A stretch of DNA of 63,458 nucleotides, the filler included, from Globobulimina sp. (Eukaryota): NCBI GenBank assembly GCA_003354225.1. It is 24 parts of 24 records of this genome, joined end to end, with 100 filler letters (N's around TTAATTAATTAA, not from the genome) between each part and the next. Parts side by side here need not be neighbours in the genome. Positions count along the whole stretch, not along the records: positions 21,194 to 23,742 come from PIVH01006050.1; positions 23,843 to 26,391 come from PIVH01006051.1; positions 26,492 to 29,040 come from PIVH01006052.1; positions 29,141 to 31,689 come from PIVH01006053.1; positions 31,790 to 34,337 come from PIVH01006054.1; positions 34,438 to 36,985 come from PIVH01006055.1; 18 more parts are not named here. One strand, 5' to 3'. The notes beneath the pieces are model-generated. The model had not been told where the DNA came from, ran no database searches, and worked only from the letters and a program-made list of their open reading frames with translations. This document shows positions 22,750 through 35,438 of this stretch, piece by piece. The stretch's first letter is position 1. Each line of letters starts with the position of its first letter. The position numbers and the translations under genes were made by a program.

Positions 22750-23523
22750 ATGTCACACTTATCCCGTGAAGAAAGATTGGGATTGATATTATTTGCAAAT
22801 CGCGATAATCCTCACTTTCTCAATGATCCGATTTTAGGCAATGTCACTCGCCTCATGCAAATTGAACAAACAAAACAAAAATGTATCCATCGATTAAAAC
22901 CATTTGTCACACCCCGTTCAAGTTTTGGTTGTGATATTTGTCATCGTCGATTTCCAGAAGGAACACTATTGTATGGCTGCAGAATTGATAATTATGATGA
23001 ATGTGAATCATGTCATATGCGTCAATCTAAAATGAAACATAGAACCAACCGTGTTTGTACAAAAGGACATAAATTAGATTTTATAATTCCGTATCCATCT
23101 TATAATGGTTTTATTTGTAATGAATGTGATCGACGAGTTTATAGTAGAAATGTAAAATGTTATCATTGCAATCGATGCAAATATGATTTGTGTAAATCGT
23201 GTAATGATAAATCGAAAAAAAAGAAAGAATTATATTCCACTAAAAATGAGCATATCGCGGTATTAGAAGAAATTGTAGATTCTCAGCATAGAGAAATAAA
23301 CAAATTTAAAAAAAGAATAAAAAAATTGGAATCTCGGAATAAAAATAAAAAAAAACAGGAAAAAAACGAGAATGAAGAATGTGTAATTTGTTTTTCTGAA
23401 AAAAGGGAATTTATTTGCACTCCCTGTGGTCATTGGTGTTTATGTAAAAATTGCAAAACTCAAATTCACAGAAAATGTCCCATTTGTCGTCAGAAATGTC
23501 AAGTTATTAAACTCTTTAAATGA
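22750..23523 (+). CDS. Two ZZ-like zinc fingers + coiled coil + C3HC4 RING (E3 ligase)
   Basis: CxHxL..FGCDIC..YGC..YDECESC and CTKGHKL..FICNEC..CNRCKYDLCKSC; CVICFSEKREFICTPCGHWCLCKNC..CPICR. Confidence 0.9.
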   Translation: MSHLSREERLGLILFANRDNPHFLNDPILGNVTRLMQIEQTKQKCIHRLKPFVTPRSSFGCDICHRRFPEGTLLYGCRIDNYDECESCHMRQSKMKHRTNRVCTKGHKLDFIIPYPSYNGFICNECDRRVYSRNVKCYHCNRCKYDLCKSCNDKSKKKKELYSTKNEHIAVLEEIVDSQHREINKFKKRIKKLESRNKNKKKQEKNENEECVICFSEKREFICTPCGHWCLCKNCKTQIHRKCPICRQKCQVIKLFK

Positions 23524-23842
23524 TATCAATATATATTATATACAATTGACATTATTGTGTTGTGTTGCTTCTTGTTGATTGTTTATATGAACACCCCTCA
23601 AAAAGCTTAAGAAAACTTAGTCAATCAGTCTGTCAGTCACACTTGTGAAAAACCGCATATTTTGGGATTCATATTTGAACATAGTAACAAGGCGTTCATA
23701 TGATAAAAAAATCTAGAAATCCAATATTATATTATGTATTTGNNNNNNNNNNNNNNNNNNNNNNNNNNNNNNNNNNNNNNNNNNNNTTAATTAATTAANN
23801 NNNNNNNNNNNNNNNNNNNNNNNNNNNNNNNNNNNNNNNNNN

Positions 23843-26391
23843 AAATTGGTTTCATTCGATTTCATATTTTTAATTGCTTTGGTTTGCATTTTATTATGTG
23901 ATATATTTAATTCTTTATAAAATTGTTTTTGCGATATTCTGTACCCTCTGTTACATAGTAACTCCTGTTTTAAATTGAGATATAACGGTATTTCTGCATC
24001 ATATTCAACAAAAACGCCATGATGATACACTGGGAAGCGATTATATTTTTTGATTGTCGCTGCATCTTTCTTCAGCATATTCATTTTGAGCTCATTGATA
24101 TCATTTATGTGTAGCATTTGTGAATGAATGCGCGAACAATAAGATATATAAACATAATCCCTCCAATCATCACATTTAAAAAATTTCTGTTTCGATTTCA
24201 ATGATTTATACTGATCTTTCTCTCGCGTCGCGCGTATAAAATGAATGCAATCTCTGGCGGTGTTATTGCAATTAATATATGGCTGATTAGTTAAAATCTC
24301 ATTGTGTGATTCTTGGAAAATGTGATCAATATCTTTTACAAATCGTAGTGGATCATAACCATCCAATTCATATAAAAACTTTTTAATTTCATACGGATAT
24401 CGGTTATAATCGGATAGTTTGTGATAATGATCCAAAATACAACATATTCTTTTCATTGCTCCACAACATAAAACATTGTCGGTTATAATGGTATAAACAT
24501 CTTTTAATATCAACAGCAATTTTTTAACCTTTATTCGTCCAATAAACTCTTTAATTAAATTGGCAAACTCGCGGCTGTTTTTTATCATTAAAAAGGCATT
24601 TCCACTGATTTTCGCACTTTCGACCCAATTTAAAATATCCTGAATAATATCTTGCAGCGACGTGGCATATTTATATTTATTGTTGACCATATTACGAATT
24701 ATTACCGTTTCTATCATTTTTTTCATATCTGACACATTATATTGCCCCGCATGCACTTGCTTGCAATGGATTTGTGCATCACCGTTCATTTTATAATTGC
24801 ATTTTGCGTTTTTAATTCTATTCCAGTATTTTACGAGTGTTGGTGGTAAATTTAAAGGTTTATAATAAATGCTATCTCGTTTCTGATTGATACTAAATAC
24901 TTTTTCATTGACATTTAATTTATTTCTGCCCCTTTTAGCACCACACAATCCACATTCTGATAATTGTGTATATAATCTCCAAAGACCACCGACCATCATC
25001 TTCCTGTTCATAAAATGGCAGTCATTGCATTTCCATGGCTTTATATATTCCATATCATTTAACAATTTCTCGAATAAATAATTGCATAATTTTACTTTTG
25101 TTTCATTGTCAAGCACTTTAATTGATTTCGCAACATTCATAAAATCATCTTTTGTCACATTTTTATCTGATATCGGACCATAAAACTGCAGCAATTGTTG
25201 CTTAAATTTAGTCGCAAACACAGTTTTTTGATCTCTTATTTGCATCAAATAATTTAATCCAATCGCATTTCCATTTTTATTCAATTCATTCAAAAATAAT
25301 CCGATCACACAATTCATTATTTTTCTGTCTTTATTAATGCAATATATTTCATCTACGTTCTCCGTTTTTATTTTACTAAAAATATTAACCGCAATGGCTT
25401 GGGTAATACCAATCTGCCTCAATTTGAAAATAAAATCTTTCTGAACCACAAGTTTCCCCACTTTCAAATCCAACTCTTTTAACTTTTTCTTAAACAATGC
25501 TTTTAATATTTCATTTTTATAGTAATGATTAATAAAATCAAATCCAATGTGGTGCAACGCATCGACAATCAAATCCGGTATCTCATGTTGGCAGCAATTG
25601 GATAGCGTGCTATCGATGGGCGGCGAATAATTCTCATCGATATTTGGCCGAGTCATATGTTTTAAGGTTGTACAAATATATTCAGCTCTCATTTCTTGTG
25701 TTTTCATCTCTATAATATCTGGAATTGGAAATTTTTCATCAAAACTAGCCAACGCACAGTCAGACAGGTTCCCGTTTAAACGTTGCCGCACTAAATCCGG
25801 GTCATAGTTTGCTTTATTACACCACAGTTTAAATTTCCCCTCGGCTTTATTGTCACACTCATAATATGGCGCATTGTGCTGTTGATAGTAATATGAGAGA
25901 TTCTTGTCGATGGTGTCTATAATGTTTGTAATGTACACAACATTTTTGTTGCAGTCTCTAAAATAAATTAGATTGGGTAGCAATGTGCGGAGGTTTTCAA
26001 TTTTGACACTATACTGTTTGTTTGAACTCCTTTGTTGAATGAAAAACGTTTTTAACGAATAAGTCATGTATGGGATCTCCAAAGGTAAGCATTCCAATGA
26101 TATGAAATCTTTCTTGTTGCACCAATTTAATAACAAATCCACCGCGTAAGTTATTTCCACCATGGATTTGGATGCCGGGAAATAATGATCAATGACATCG
26201 CGTTTTTTATATATTAATTTGCTTCGACTGTTTGCGTTGTTGCTGTTTATATCTTTGCAAATATTGATTAGTTTTAGTAGCGTTTTTTGCATTTGATTGG
26301 ATTTTTGATACAAATACTTTAAATTTGAGAAATGATAATCGAATATAGTTTGTTGTAATATCTTCTCCAAATACACCAACGCAGCCATAAA
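23843..26391 (-). CDS. Large lineage-specific protein, partial, with a RanBP2-like Zn finger; shares a module with 29141-31099
   Basis: ORF spans the whole contig. WKCNDCHFMN...CGLCG; CxxxxRIxxILxHYH..LxxY..D..H and YxNLKxEL..N....S.KQF blocks are shared with the ART-like protein. Confidence 0.8.
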
Positions 26392-26491
26392 NNNNNNNNN
26401 NNNNNNNNNNNNNNNNNNNNNNNNNNNNNNNNNNNTTAATTAATTAANNNNNNNNNNNNNNNNNNNNNNNNNNNNNNNNNNNNNNNNNNNN

Positions 26492-29040
26492 AACACATAA
26501 AACTGTTTCAATGACAATTTGCGTGTATTAAACATACACATTGCCAATGAATCACAGTGTTTCTTGCTAAATAATAAATTATTATCGATGTTAAATCCCA
26601 AGGTCTCAAACACTTTGATATAATCATCGTATTCCGCTTTTTTTGTCATTTTCTCGTCTTGTTCATCAAAGGATAGTTGACAGATATCGTCAATATAAAA
26701 ACAGCATAATTCCATCAATAATCGATAGAAATACGCAGTGGTAAAATTATCAAATGTCATTTTCTTGGTCGTATCTCCGCGATATTGAATACAGCCAAAT
26801 TTATCAAATAAACCACTCAAAAACGATGATGAGTTACATATTTTTATCATCATTAAACTATCATTAATATCATCCTTTTCTTCGTCATTACTAAATATTA
26901 ACATATTGTTCTTTGACATTGTTAAAAAATCCTCTTTCTGTAAATATTTTTCTTGATTGCTGTCAATTATCGAATGTAAATCATATTTATATCTTAATAA
27001 TATATATTCAGACATGGAGTATAAATAAATATGTTGCAACACTGTGACCATTTCATCATAATCAATGACTCCGGATCTATTTACATCCACTTTGTAATAA
27101 CACAACTTTAACATCTTCTCTTCAGAACGGATTAAAGCATCATTTAACCCAAAATTCATATTTGTGACAAACTCAGATAACTCTTGCAATGTTATTCCAT
27201 CTTCGTCATTATAACTCGGCACACATTGTTTAAATTGTTTCTTTATTGATGTCTCGAAATAGGAATAATACCAAATATTATATACAATCCGTTTGAACAT
27301 CTCCCAATTAATTACATCCGTGTCACCATCCATTATTTGTGCAGTTATCCACCATTTATAAATCTCTTTATTCTCCGCAAACCCATGAATGTCCCATTTA
27401 TATTTCTCACTCATTTCAATAATATCTTCCACTGAAACCGAGTCATATTTATTAAATTCTTTCTGCAATGCATTCTCTATCAACTTCTCATAATTAATAT
27501 TACCTAAATCGATCACAATATCAACAGCAATGTCTTCCTTTGTTTCTTCTTCGTGCTGCTTATTCCAATCATCCTTAAATATTTTCTCATAGTTCACCAT
27601 ATCCTCCAAATGGAAATTAATGCATTCCCGAATACAAACACTATACTTATCCCATTCAATCATGCCGCCATTGTGGCGATCATTATTTTTAAACAATTTC
27701 AGCAACGCAGTGGTCCCATTCTTATACTTCAAATGTTTAAAATTATCGTCACCTCTCGTACTCGGCAAGTTTGCTTTTATCGCTTCAAACGAATTCACAA
27801 ATTGCTCAAACGACATCAATCCCTGACAGTGACTATCGAATATACCCCGCACAGTTTGGTCCGATATGCCACGAAAATACTGCTGCAACATTATCTGTAC
27901 AAACATCCTGAAATCAGTGTGATCCCCGTCACCATTCGCTGCAGTTATCTTATTATACACACCACGCAAAGTCTGGATGTCGCCATAGGGCTTATTCGTA
28001 ATCCCCAAATACTCCGTCACATTGGCCGTCTCTGTGCAATTTAATAAACCATCGTTGTCCTCGTCCATTAACTTAAAACTCTGCATTAGAATATGCCAAC
28101 ACAACGACAACAAACTGCCAACATAATGTACTGGACTGTTCTGCGCATAATCGCTGATCTCGTGACTTAACTCAACCTCACCAAATGCAAATGGCTGCGC
28201 TGTCAATAAACCAGACTTAAAATGCACAAAATCACACACCATCCCTACACCCTCCTCGCTATCACTGTCGCTGTCACTGTCCGTCCCACCACTGCTATTA
28301 TCATGAACCAGTAAATTAATTTGCGAATAATCATCTTCCAGCGCCTTGACACCCGCATCCTCTGCCTTGTCAAACATGGAATTGTAATGTTTCTCAGTCA
28401 TGTTCACATTCAATATCTCCAATGCATTGCGCATCTCTTCCTTATCCAGCGCGCCATTAAAGTCATCGTCACATTGCCCGAAAGTTAGTCGCAACTTCCG
28501 GTCCAAAATCGAGTTTAAAAACTGTACGCAGAGCGCATACAAAAACTCATCGATATCCAATCCATTATTCCCATCGGTATCCGCATAATAAAATATCGCA
28601 CGGAGCTCATATTCAGCCGTATCGTCCAATTCTAACACCTTCAGCGCTTCAAAGAAGCCTTCAAACGTAATACAGCCAAACTTATCAAAATCATACTCCT
28701 CATAAAACAGCTGAATACCAAATGAATATTCAGAGTGATTGATGCCCATATTCTTCGAATTTATCTTTGCTAATTTTATTTTAGCTTTGCGTTCCTCGCG
28801 TAATCTGTCCTCTTGCTCTTGTTTGTTCTCCATGCGGTCCTTCTTAGCCTCAAACTCTTCATCTTCGTATTCTTCCTCGTTGATTATGAGAATTCCGCCG
28901 CTTTTGATCACCGGTAACATTGTGCTTGTACTGACTAAATCGCCGGGAATATTAATATTATTCGCAAGTAATAGCTGCTGCAAACGGATTATTTCGTCAT
29001 TCAATATTTGTATGTCAGTGTCTTCGATATTTGCTGAATT
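26492..29040 (-). CDS. Large multi-EF-hand protein, partial
   Basis: ORF spans the contig. Loops DTDGNNGLDIDE, DDDFNGALDKEE, DEDNDGLLNCTE, DRHNGGMIEWDK and DVNRSGVIDYDE, plus degenerate ones. Confidence 0.9.
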
Positions 29041-29140
29041 NNNNNNNNNNNNNNNNNNNNNNNNNNNNNNNNNNNNNNNNNNNNTTAATTAATTAANNNN
29101 NNNNNNNNNNNNNNNNNNNNNNNNNNNNNNNNNNNNNNNN

Positions 29141-31099
29141 CGACTCGTCCAACGTAATGCAGGGCAAAATCTGTCCGGTTTGAATATTGCCGTTATACAA
29201 TTGAATATGTCTAACATTGGGAAATAACAGCAATAAGCGATCAATATATATCCACCCATCATTCTGTATGAACAGCGAATGTAATCTCAAAAAGCCATAT
29301 TGATTGCCGTCATTTGGCGGTCTGTTCATTCCCATATAATATCCATCCTCCTCCATATCCTCCTCATCGTCCATCAACTCGTACGAGTCAATGATCATTA
29401 ACCACACATTTATCTGAATATTCTCAATGCTTTGCCGGAAACTCTCAAACAACGACAATATATATTTTGGAATCCGACTCAATTTCTTGTCCAAAATCTG
29501 CGCCAAGAACTTGGGGATTAACGGAGTTAAGATATTGTAATTCAACTCGGTCCCAATCACCATCGATTGCAACACGTTGAACGCGTTCAGATATTGCGAG
29601 TAATTGTGGTATAATCGCGGGTATAAAATGGATTTAAACGACAGCATGATGTTTAAAAATAACTTCTCAGACTCGATGCCGTAGTCACTGAACCAGGCAC
29701 AATCCATAAAATGTTGGTCCCCGCAATATTCCACATCCTTCTTCAACTGCAAAATCAGGCCATCGTCGGGACAGTACACATTGCACACACTCAACGACGA
29801 AGTCGTGCTGGTCGGATAATAAAAATACACATGAAACTCGTCGAAATAGATCGGTTTCTCCAGACAATGATAGAAAGTCATCTGGAAACCGTCGTGTTTG
29901 GCGATGTTGGTGCCATATAATCGGACCCCTTCGTACAATAAGCGGCAGATATGGGCGTATTCGCTGTGTCTGGCACGTAACATATGGTCCTCCTCCGCCA
30001 TGCTCTGTTTCTTGTACACAGAAACGACGTGTTTTCGTATAATATCATAATTGCAAAATATCAGCAATGCCAACATATGGTCGATAGTAATGGCCGCAGA
30101 CTCTGCGATTTTGATCTCTAAACAAGTCGGTTCGTTGTAGTTTTCCGCCAAATATTGACATTTTAACTTTCGACCTCGTCTGCAATTTTTGTAGGCAATG
30201 GCGCGTTTTATGCCATCTTCGAACTGCTTGGACGACATTTTACAGATTTTATTGAGCGTCAACTCTGATTTTAAGTTGTCGTATTTGTTGGCGATGAACC
30301 ATTTGTTCTCTGCGTAGGACCGCCAATATTTGAATTGATATCCAAACTCGATCTCATATCTGCGATTCTCTTTGCTTTCGCTGCCATCGTTGTGGCCGCT
30401 GACGAATTTGTTGTGATTCATTCTGTTCGTACCGCGAATGGCATGCAACAATTTGCTTTTCTTTCTGGTTATATTTACTATCAATTTCAATGGGTTGTCG
30501 ACTGCGTCATCCTTGGCGTTGTTGGTGTGGTTTATGATTTGTTTGCTTTCTTCGATTTGCGAGGTTGCTATCTGTAATATTTCGGTCTGATTCAATATGT
30601 ATCCGGCATCAAAGGATAATATTAAATGACAATAGATTTTATCCATGATTTTCTGGACCGACACTTCTTCGCTGCTGTTATAGCCGCCGTAATATTCACA
30701 GCGAATGTCGTTGTTCAGGCTGCAATGTTGGCGGTTGCGGTTATTTCGGGCAAATATTAATGACGTTGCTATGTCGTAGTGTATGTTTTTGGAGAGGTAG
30801 GAATGTACGGTATTGAATTGATTGAAATATTTGTTTAGTAGATGGTGGTAATCATCTAATAATTTGACGGTGGAGTAATTGCGTAATGTGCGCGAGAGAT
30901 AGGCGTACATTCCTATTCCTCGGTTGTCTATATAATTGATGCCATTTATGCCTGAATTCGACTCTATGAAATCGTGGTAATGTTCTAAGATTATGCGCAA
31001 TCTGTTGACGGCTGGACAGGCGCTTGCCTTCGTGTCCTTGTGTTTGGAGTTGCGGATTAGTTTCTTGTTGAACCATCTTGCGATATCTGGCTGTGCCAT
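29141..31099 (-). CDS. Large protein with ADP-ribosyltransferase (ARTC/exoenzyme-like) domain, 3'-truncated
   Basis: FYHCL ... PTSTTSSLSV..Y..DGLILQL ... WFSDYGIESEKLF follow the R-S-ExE order, with His in place of Arg. Confidence 0.65.
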
Positions 31100-31179
31100 G
31101 ACGCAAGTCAAGTGTTAGAAAAATAAGCAAGTTTGGAGTATCATAGTGTATACATTTTGCTAAAGTTTTCTTTTTTAAG

Positions 31180-31689
31180 ACTCTTGTGTTTTTCTTGTTG
31201 AGTGTGGCATTATCAACAACCCTAAATGACATTTCCGTCGATACAACTTTAATCGTAAATAATAACCCATATCAAGTGAATGGAGACATCAATATCCAAC
31301 AAGGCGTCACACTCACAATACCAAATGGTGTAGAAATTATATTGATGGATGAGTACACGGCATTATTGCCGGCTGCCAGTCTGTCACTCGCAATTACAAG
31401 GATCGTGCCTTAGTATTTGCACAAAACACGCACATTCACAGTCTAAATAATGACCGCAAAGGCGGCCTCACCTTCAGCGGCGCGACCGCAGGCGGCTCAT
31501 TCTGTAATGTAAAGTTTGAAGGATTGAATACGGCGATGCGCGCAACTTCTATGAACGAGGGATTATCCATCGATAACTGCGAATTCACAAATGTGAATGA
31601 TGTAATTCTCGGCGGTTCGGGCCCCAAACATACATTCAACGACACTTACTTTCATGACTTAGATACTGTCGTCAGTGAAGGGGGCTGCA
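31180..31689 (+). pseudogene. Secreted parallel beta-helix-type protein N-terminus with a frameshift near 31358
   Basis: Signal-like leader, then DISVDTTLIVNNNPYQVNGDINIQQGVTLTIPNGVEI; continues in another frame as GIIAGC...GSFCNVKFEGL..IDNCEF with no intron signal. Confidence 0.55.
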
Positions 31690-31791
31690 NNNNNNNNNNN
31701 NNNNNNNNNNNNNNNNNNNNNNNNNNNNNNNNNTTAATTAATTAANNNNNNNNNNNNNNNNNNNNNNNNNNNNNNNNNNNNNNNNNNNNGC

Positions 31792-32451
31792 AATAAAGGC
31801 ATATATGGCGGTGTATCATTAGACGGCGAGGTATTGGCCGTTCGGAAAGATTGTAATGAAGCCTTTTATGGGAATACGGTGAATAATAAAGATATATTGA
31901 CGGGAGCCGTGAAAATGCCAAAGAAAAATAAAGACTATAACGATTTGATACATTTATTGAATGATTATTGCGTTGGTAAGGATGGCAATGATGATGATGC
32001 CAAACAAAATGATGTTGGAATGGAGTTTCCAGTGCAACCGGTTCAGAGAGCGCCACAACAAAAACAGAATAAGAGCAATAATAATAAGTATCAAATACCA
32101 CAAAATCAATATGTTGAAAATAATGCAACAAATCAAGCAGCGTTACAGTCGATGACAGAGAATAAAGAGGTTCGGGATGCAGGGAAATCTGCAATGAAAG
32201 ATAAGAATGTACAGAAAGCTGCTTTTAATGCATATCGGAGTGGTGGTAATGATCAAGGTGCTAATAAAGATTTAGCCAAATCGTTAGCAAAAAATAAAGC
32301 AGTTCAAGGAGCAGCGGTAAGTGTAGCAAAGGACAAAAAAGTACAAAAAGCAGCCATGCAGAGTGCAAAGAAAAATGCAAATAAAAAAAACTTTGCTAAA
32401 GCTAAGAAAATGATGTTACCCAAATCTGGTGCTAATGATGATTTTGTTTGA
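31792..32451 (+). CDS. SYLF/Ysc84 (SH3YL1-like) domain protein, C-terminal part
   Basis: NKGIYGGVSLDGEVLAVRKDCNEAFYG...KDILTGAV..P matches the end of the SYLF domain. Confidence 0.8.
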   Translation, partial: NKGIYGGVSLDGEVLAVRKDCNEAFYGNTVNNKDILTGAVKMPKKNKDYNDLIHLLNDYCVGKDGNDDDAKQNDVGMEFPVQPVQRAPQQKQNKSNNNKYQIPQNQYVENNATNQAALQSMTENKEVRDAGKSAMKDKNVQKAAFNAYRSGGNDQGANKDLAKSLAKNKAVQGAAVSVAKDKKVQKAAMQSAKKNANKKNFAKAKKMMLPKSGANDDFV

Positions 32452-32470
32452 TTGTATAATTTTAAATTAT

Positions 32471-32611
32471 ATACTTTAGAATAGGACCTGTTTGAAACAC
32501 TGCGTTTTAGAAAAATTTTAAAACCTATGGAGAGGTCATCACCATCTCCTAACAAAACGACTTGCGGATTTTAAAAACAATGTGTTTCAAACATGTCCTA
32601 TTCTAAAGTAT
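32471..32611. mobile_element. 141-bp MITE-like element with 30-bp TIRs and TTAT flanks
   Basis: ATACTTTAGAATAGGACcTGTTTGAAACAC pairs with 32582-32611 with 1 mismatch; TTAT at 32467-32470 and 32612-32615. Confidence 0.65.
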
Positions 32612-32998
32612 TTATGGCACCGTCCATATAAACCCAATCCTGATTTTTTTGTATACAGAATCTGTTTTGTGACAAAGTCGCATTATCCGTAAATTAAATA
32701 GCCAATCCGTGTAACTTTGTGCATACCAAATCTCTTAATCAGAGGATCCAGGAAACAAAGGGGAAATAATCAATTTACAAATCACCAATACGTGACCAAT
32801 ATTAATATATGAAAAAAACAAACAAACAAAAAAAACAAACAAAAAAAACAAAAAAACAAAACAAAAAAAACAAAAAAACAAAACAAAAAAACAAAACATG
32901 CAAACAAAAAAAAACATGTTAATAATATACATATATACTTCAGTCATGAAAATCCGCATTATCAGCTCCTTTGTCTATAATATTATTATTAATATATA

Positions 32999-34310
32999 TT
33001 ATATGGTATTTGGATAAAATATGTTATACATACCAACGATACCATCACCATTATTATCAGCATCTTCTTTTGCTTCATTGCCACCTTTCTCTGCATCCGA
33101 TCCATCATTTCCAGCATCTCCATCATCCGCATCATTATTATCAGCATTATAATCATCACCTTTTGCTTCATCATCACCTTTATCTACAGGCGATACATCG
33201 CCTTGTTCTGGTTCTGGCTCTGGCTCTGCGGGTACAGATTGCTTCTTGGCTTCACCATCACCTTTATCCACATCAGATCCATCACCTTCACCTTGTTCAC
33301 CGACTTCTGACTCCTTTGGTTCTTGTTTTGGTACTGGTTCTGGTTCTGGTTCTGGTTTTGGTTCAGGTTCAGGTTGCTTCATTGATTGTGTGTCTGTGTC
33401 GGCAGTTTGCTTTGTATGCAATTCCGTGTGTTGCTGCATTTTATCTGCTACCTCTGGCTTAGTTGTAACAACGCCACCAAATGTATTAAATTTTAGGCCT
33501 TTTTCAACAGGATCTAATTTAATCCAATGTTTCTCGCAATGCACTTTACATTGATCGTATAAGCAGCAAAGATAATATTTGCAAAATAAACCAACGGACA
33601 ATCTTTGATATTTTGTACACATAACAGCAGCAAGCAATATATCACCAAAGCAACAAATAATAACAATCACTAAAAATCCAATCACATCACCTGATCCAGC
33701 CAACAGTACAGCTGCTAGAAAAGCAAATATCTGTTCAATTAATAACAAAAATAATTTAACTCCGGCCCACATTGCATTCCACAAAATAGTTTTTTGAGCG
33801 GATTGCGCGGGTTCTCCTGGCTCCAATGAGTCAACATTTAATTTACCAGAAATTTCTTCGCGAACAACATCTGCATTGAATGCGCACGAAAACGTTGCTG
33901 CTGATGTTTCGGCAGATGTCTCTATTTTAGGCACAAACATTAGTAATTTGGTAAGGTATTCATCCGCCATATCAATAAATTCCTGGATGGCGCCAATGAC
34001 CGCTGCTCCTTTAATCAAGTTAACAACCTTTGATTCTCCGTCTGAATCAGTGCCGGAATAATCGGAACCAACAATAATTGCGAGACCCGCAAATATCTTA
34101 AACATGGTATCTGATGATGTAATAATTAAAGCCTGTAAATTTTTAATTTGATATGACTTCACAATTTCTTTCTGTTCACTTCCTTTTGCCACTTGGTGTG
34201 ATGTCCATAAATCTTTGGCTTTTAATGCAAACCCGATGGAAACAAAAGTAATTATTGTAAGACCTTGAACAACTTTTGGATCGATATCACCGACCATTCT
34301 AGCAACACCT
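32999..34310 (-). CDS. Multi-pass membrane protein with PE-repeat acidic tail, partial
   Basis: Several hydrophobic helices, a PEPEP/acidic C-terminus and a probable intron donor near 33033. Confidence 0.7.
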
Positions 34311-35438
34311 GTACATATACATATGTTATTATATATANNNNNNNNNNNNNNNNNNNNNNNNNNNNNNNNNNNNNNNNNNNNTTAATTAATTAANNNNNNN
34401 NNNNNNNNNNNNNNNNNNNNNNNNNNNNNNNNNNNNNTGGATCTAAAAAGATTACAAGCTGTCGAACATAAGTACAGGATATAAAAATAATTGGTTTGTT
34501 CTGGGTTTATTTAAAAAAACAGATGTGTAGTAACGATTTTAATTGATTTTATTGGTAAATTATATAAACAAATAACAGACGATAAAAAAAAAACAATGGT
34601 AAAACAAAACAAAATACATAAATCCGCAAAATAAATGAGAACAAACTATATCAATGCTTATACATATATCAATTACTCATTACCTTTGTCATTCTCAATC
34701 ATTATTAACCATTAATTTAAAACAAACAAACAAAAATTTGCTTTACATCGATGACAATTCATATGTTCAATTCACAGCCATCCGTATGATTTATTAATTG
34801 ACTGCATGGACATACGAATGGACCGAACATCTGAAACTGAACCAACTCTTTTTAAGGCACATTGTGATAATGGACATGTACAGTGAGATATTTTGCTCGA
34901 TCTTTATCATCACAACAATGCCATATAATCGCATCAAATTGTTCAATATTATACGCCCAAACAATATGTTTAGATACCTTTTAATAATGCTTATTAATAA
35001 TAACAATTTCCATGTATGCCAAATCTGTTATTTAGAATGTTGCTTTGTTTGATGGGAAATAATTATTTGCATTTAATTTAAACGAATTAATTTGTGTGGT
35101 GTACGTGTTCGGACTAAAGCATGGTGTTTGTACCGAGCGTGTGTTTTTGGAAAAGAACGAAAAAACTTGTTCACCATAGTTCCTGTTTTGTTCTTTTTTT
35201 GTTTACTTATTGTTTACGTTTGTTATAGGTTTATGGGTAGAGACGAATTCAAAAAATATCCAAAATCCACAAACTTTTTACTTTTAATCTTTTATAGAAT
35301 ATACTCAATATAGTCTAATAAACATGGTGATAAGTATTTGTGAACCAGAGAAAACTTGAGCTTTATCCTTGCACTTGATCGAGAGTTGAGCTCTCCGTTG
35401 CTATAAATAAAAACACTTTACGTGTATACAAACGAATA

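Noticed and set aside
31097-31100. CATG serving as start codon on both strands, with a possible intron 31107-31179 for the + gene
   Set aside because: The splice would be in frame, but the donor is weak and a chimeric join is equally plausible. Not supportable without transcripts.
32810-32915. A/C-rich tract and hydrophobic ORF 32735-32959
   Set aside because: Low-complexity non-coding sequence.
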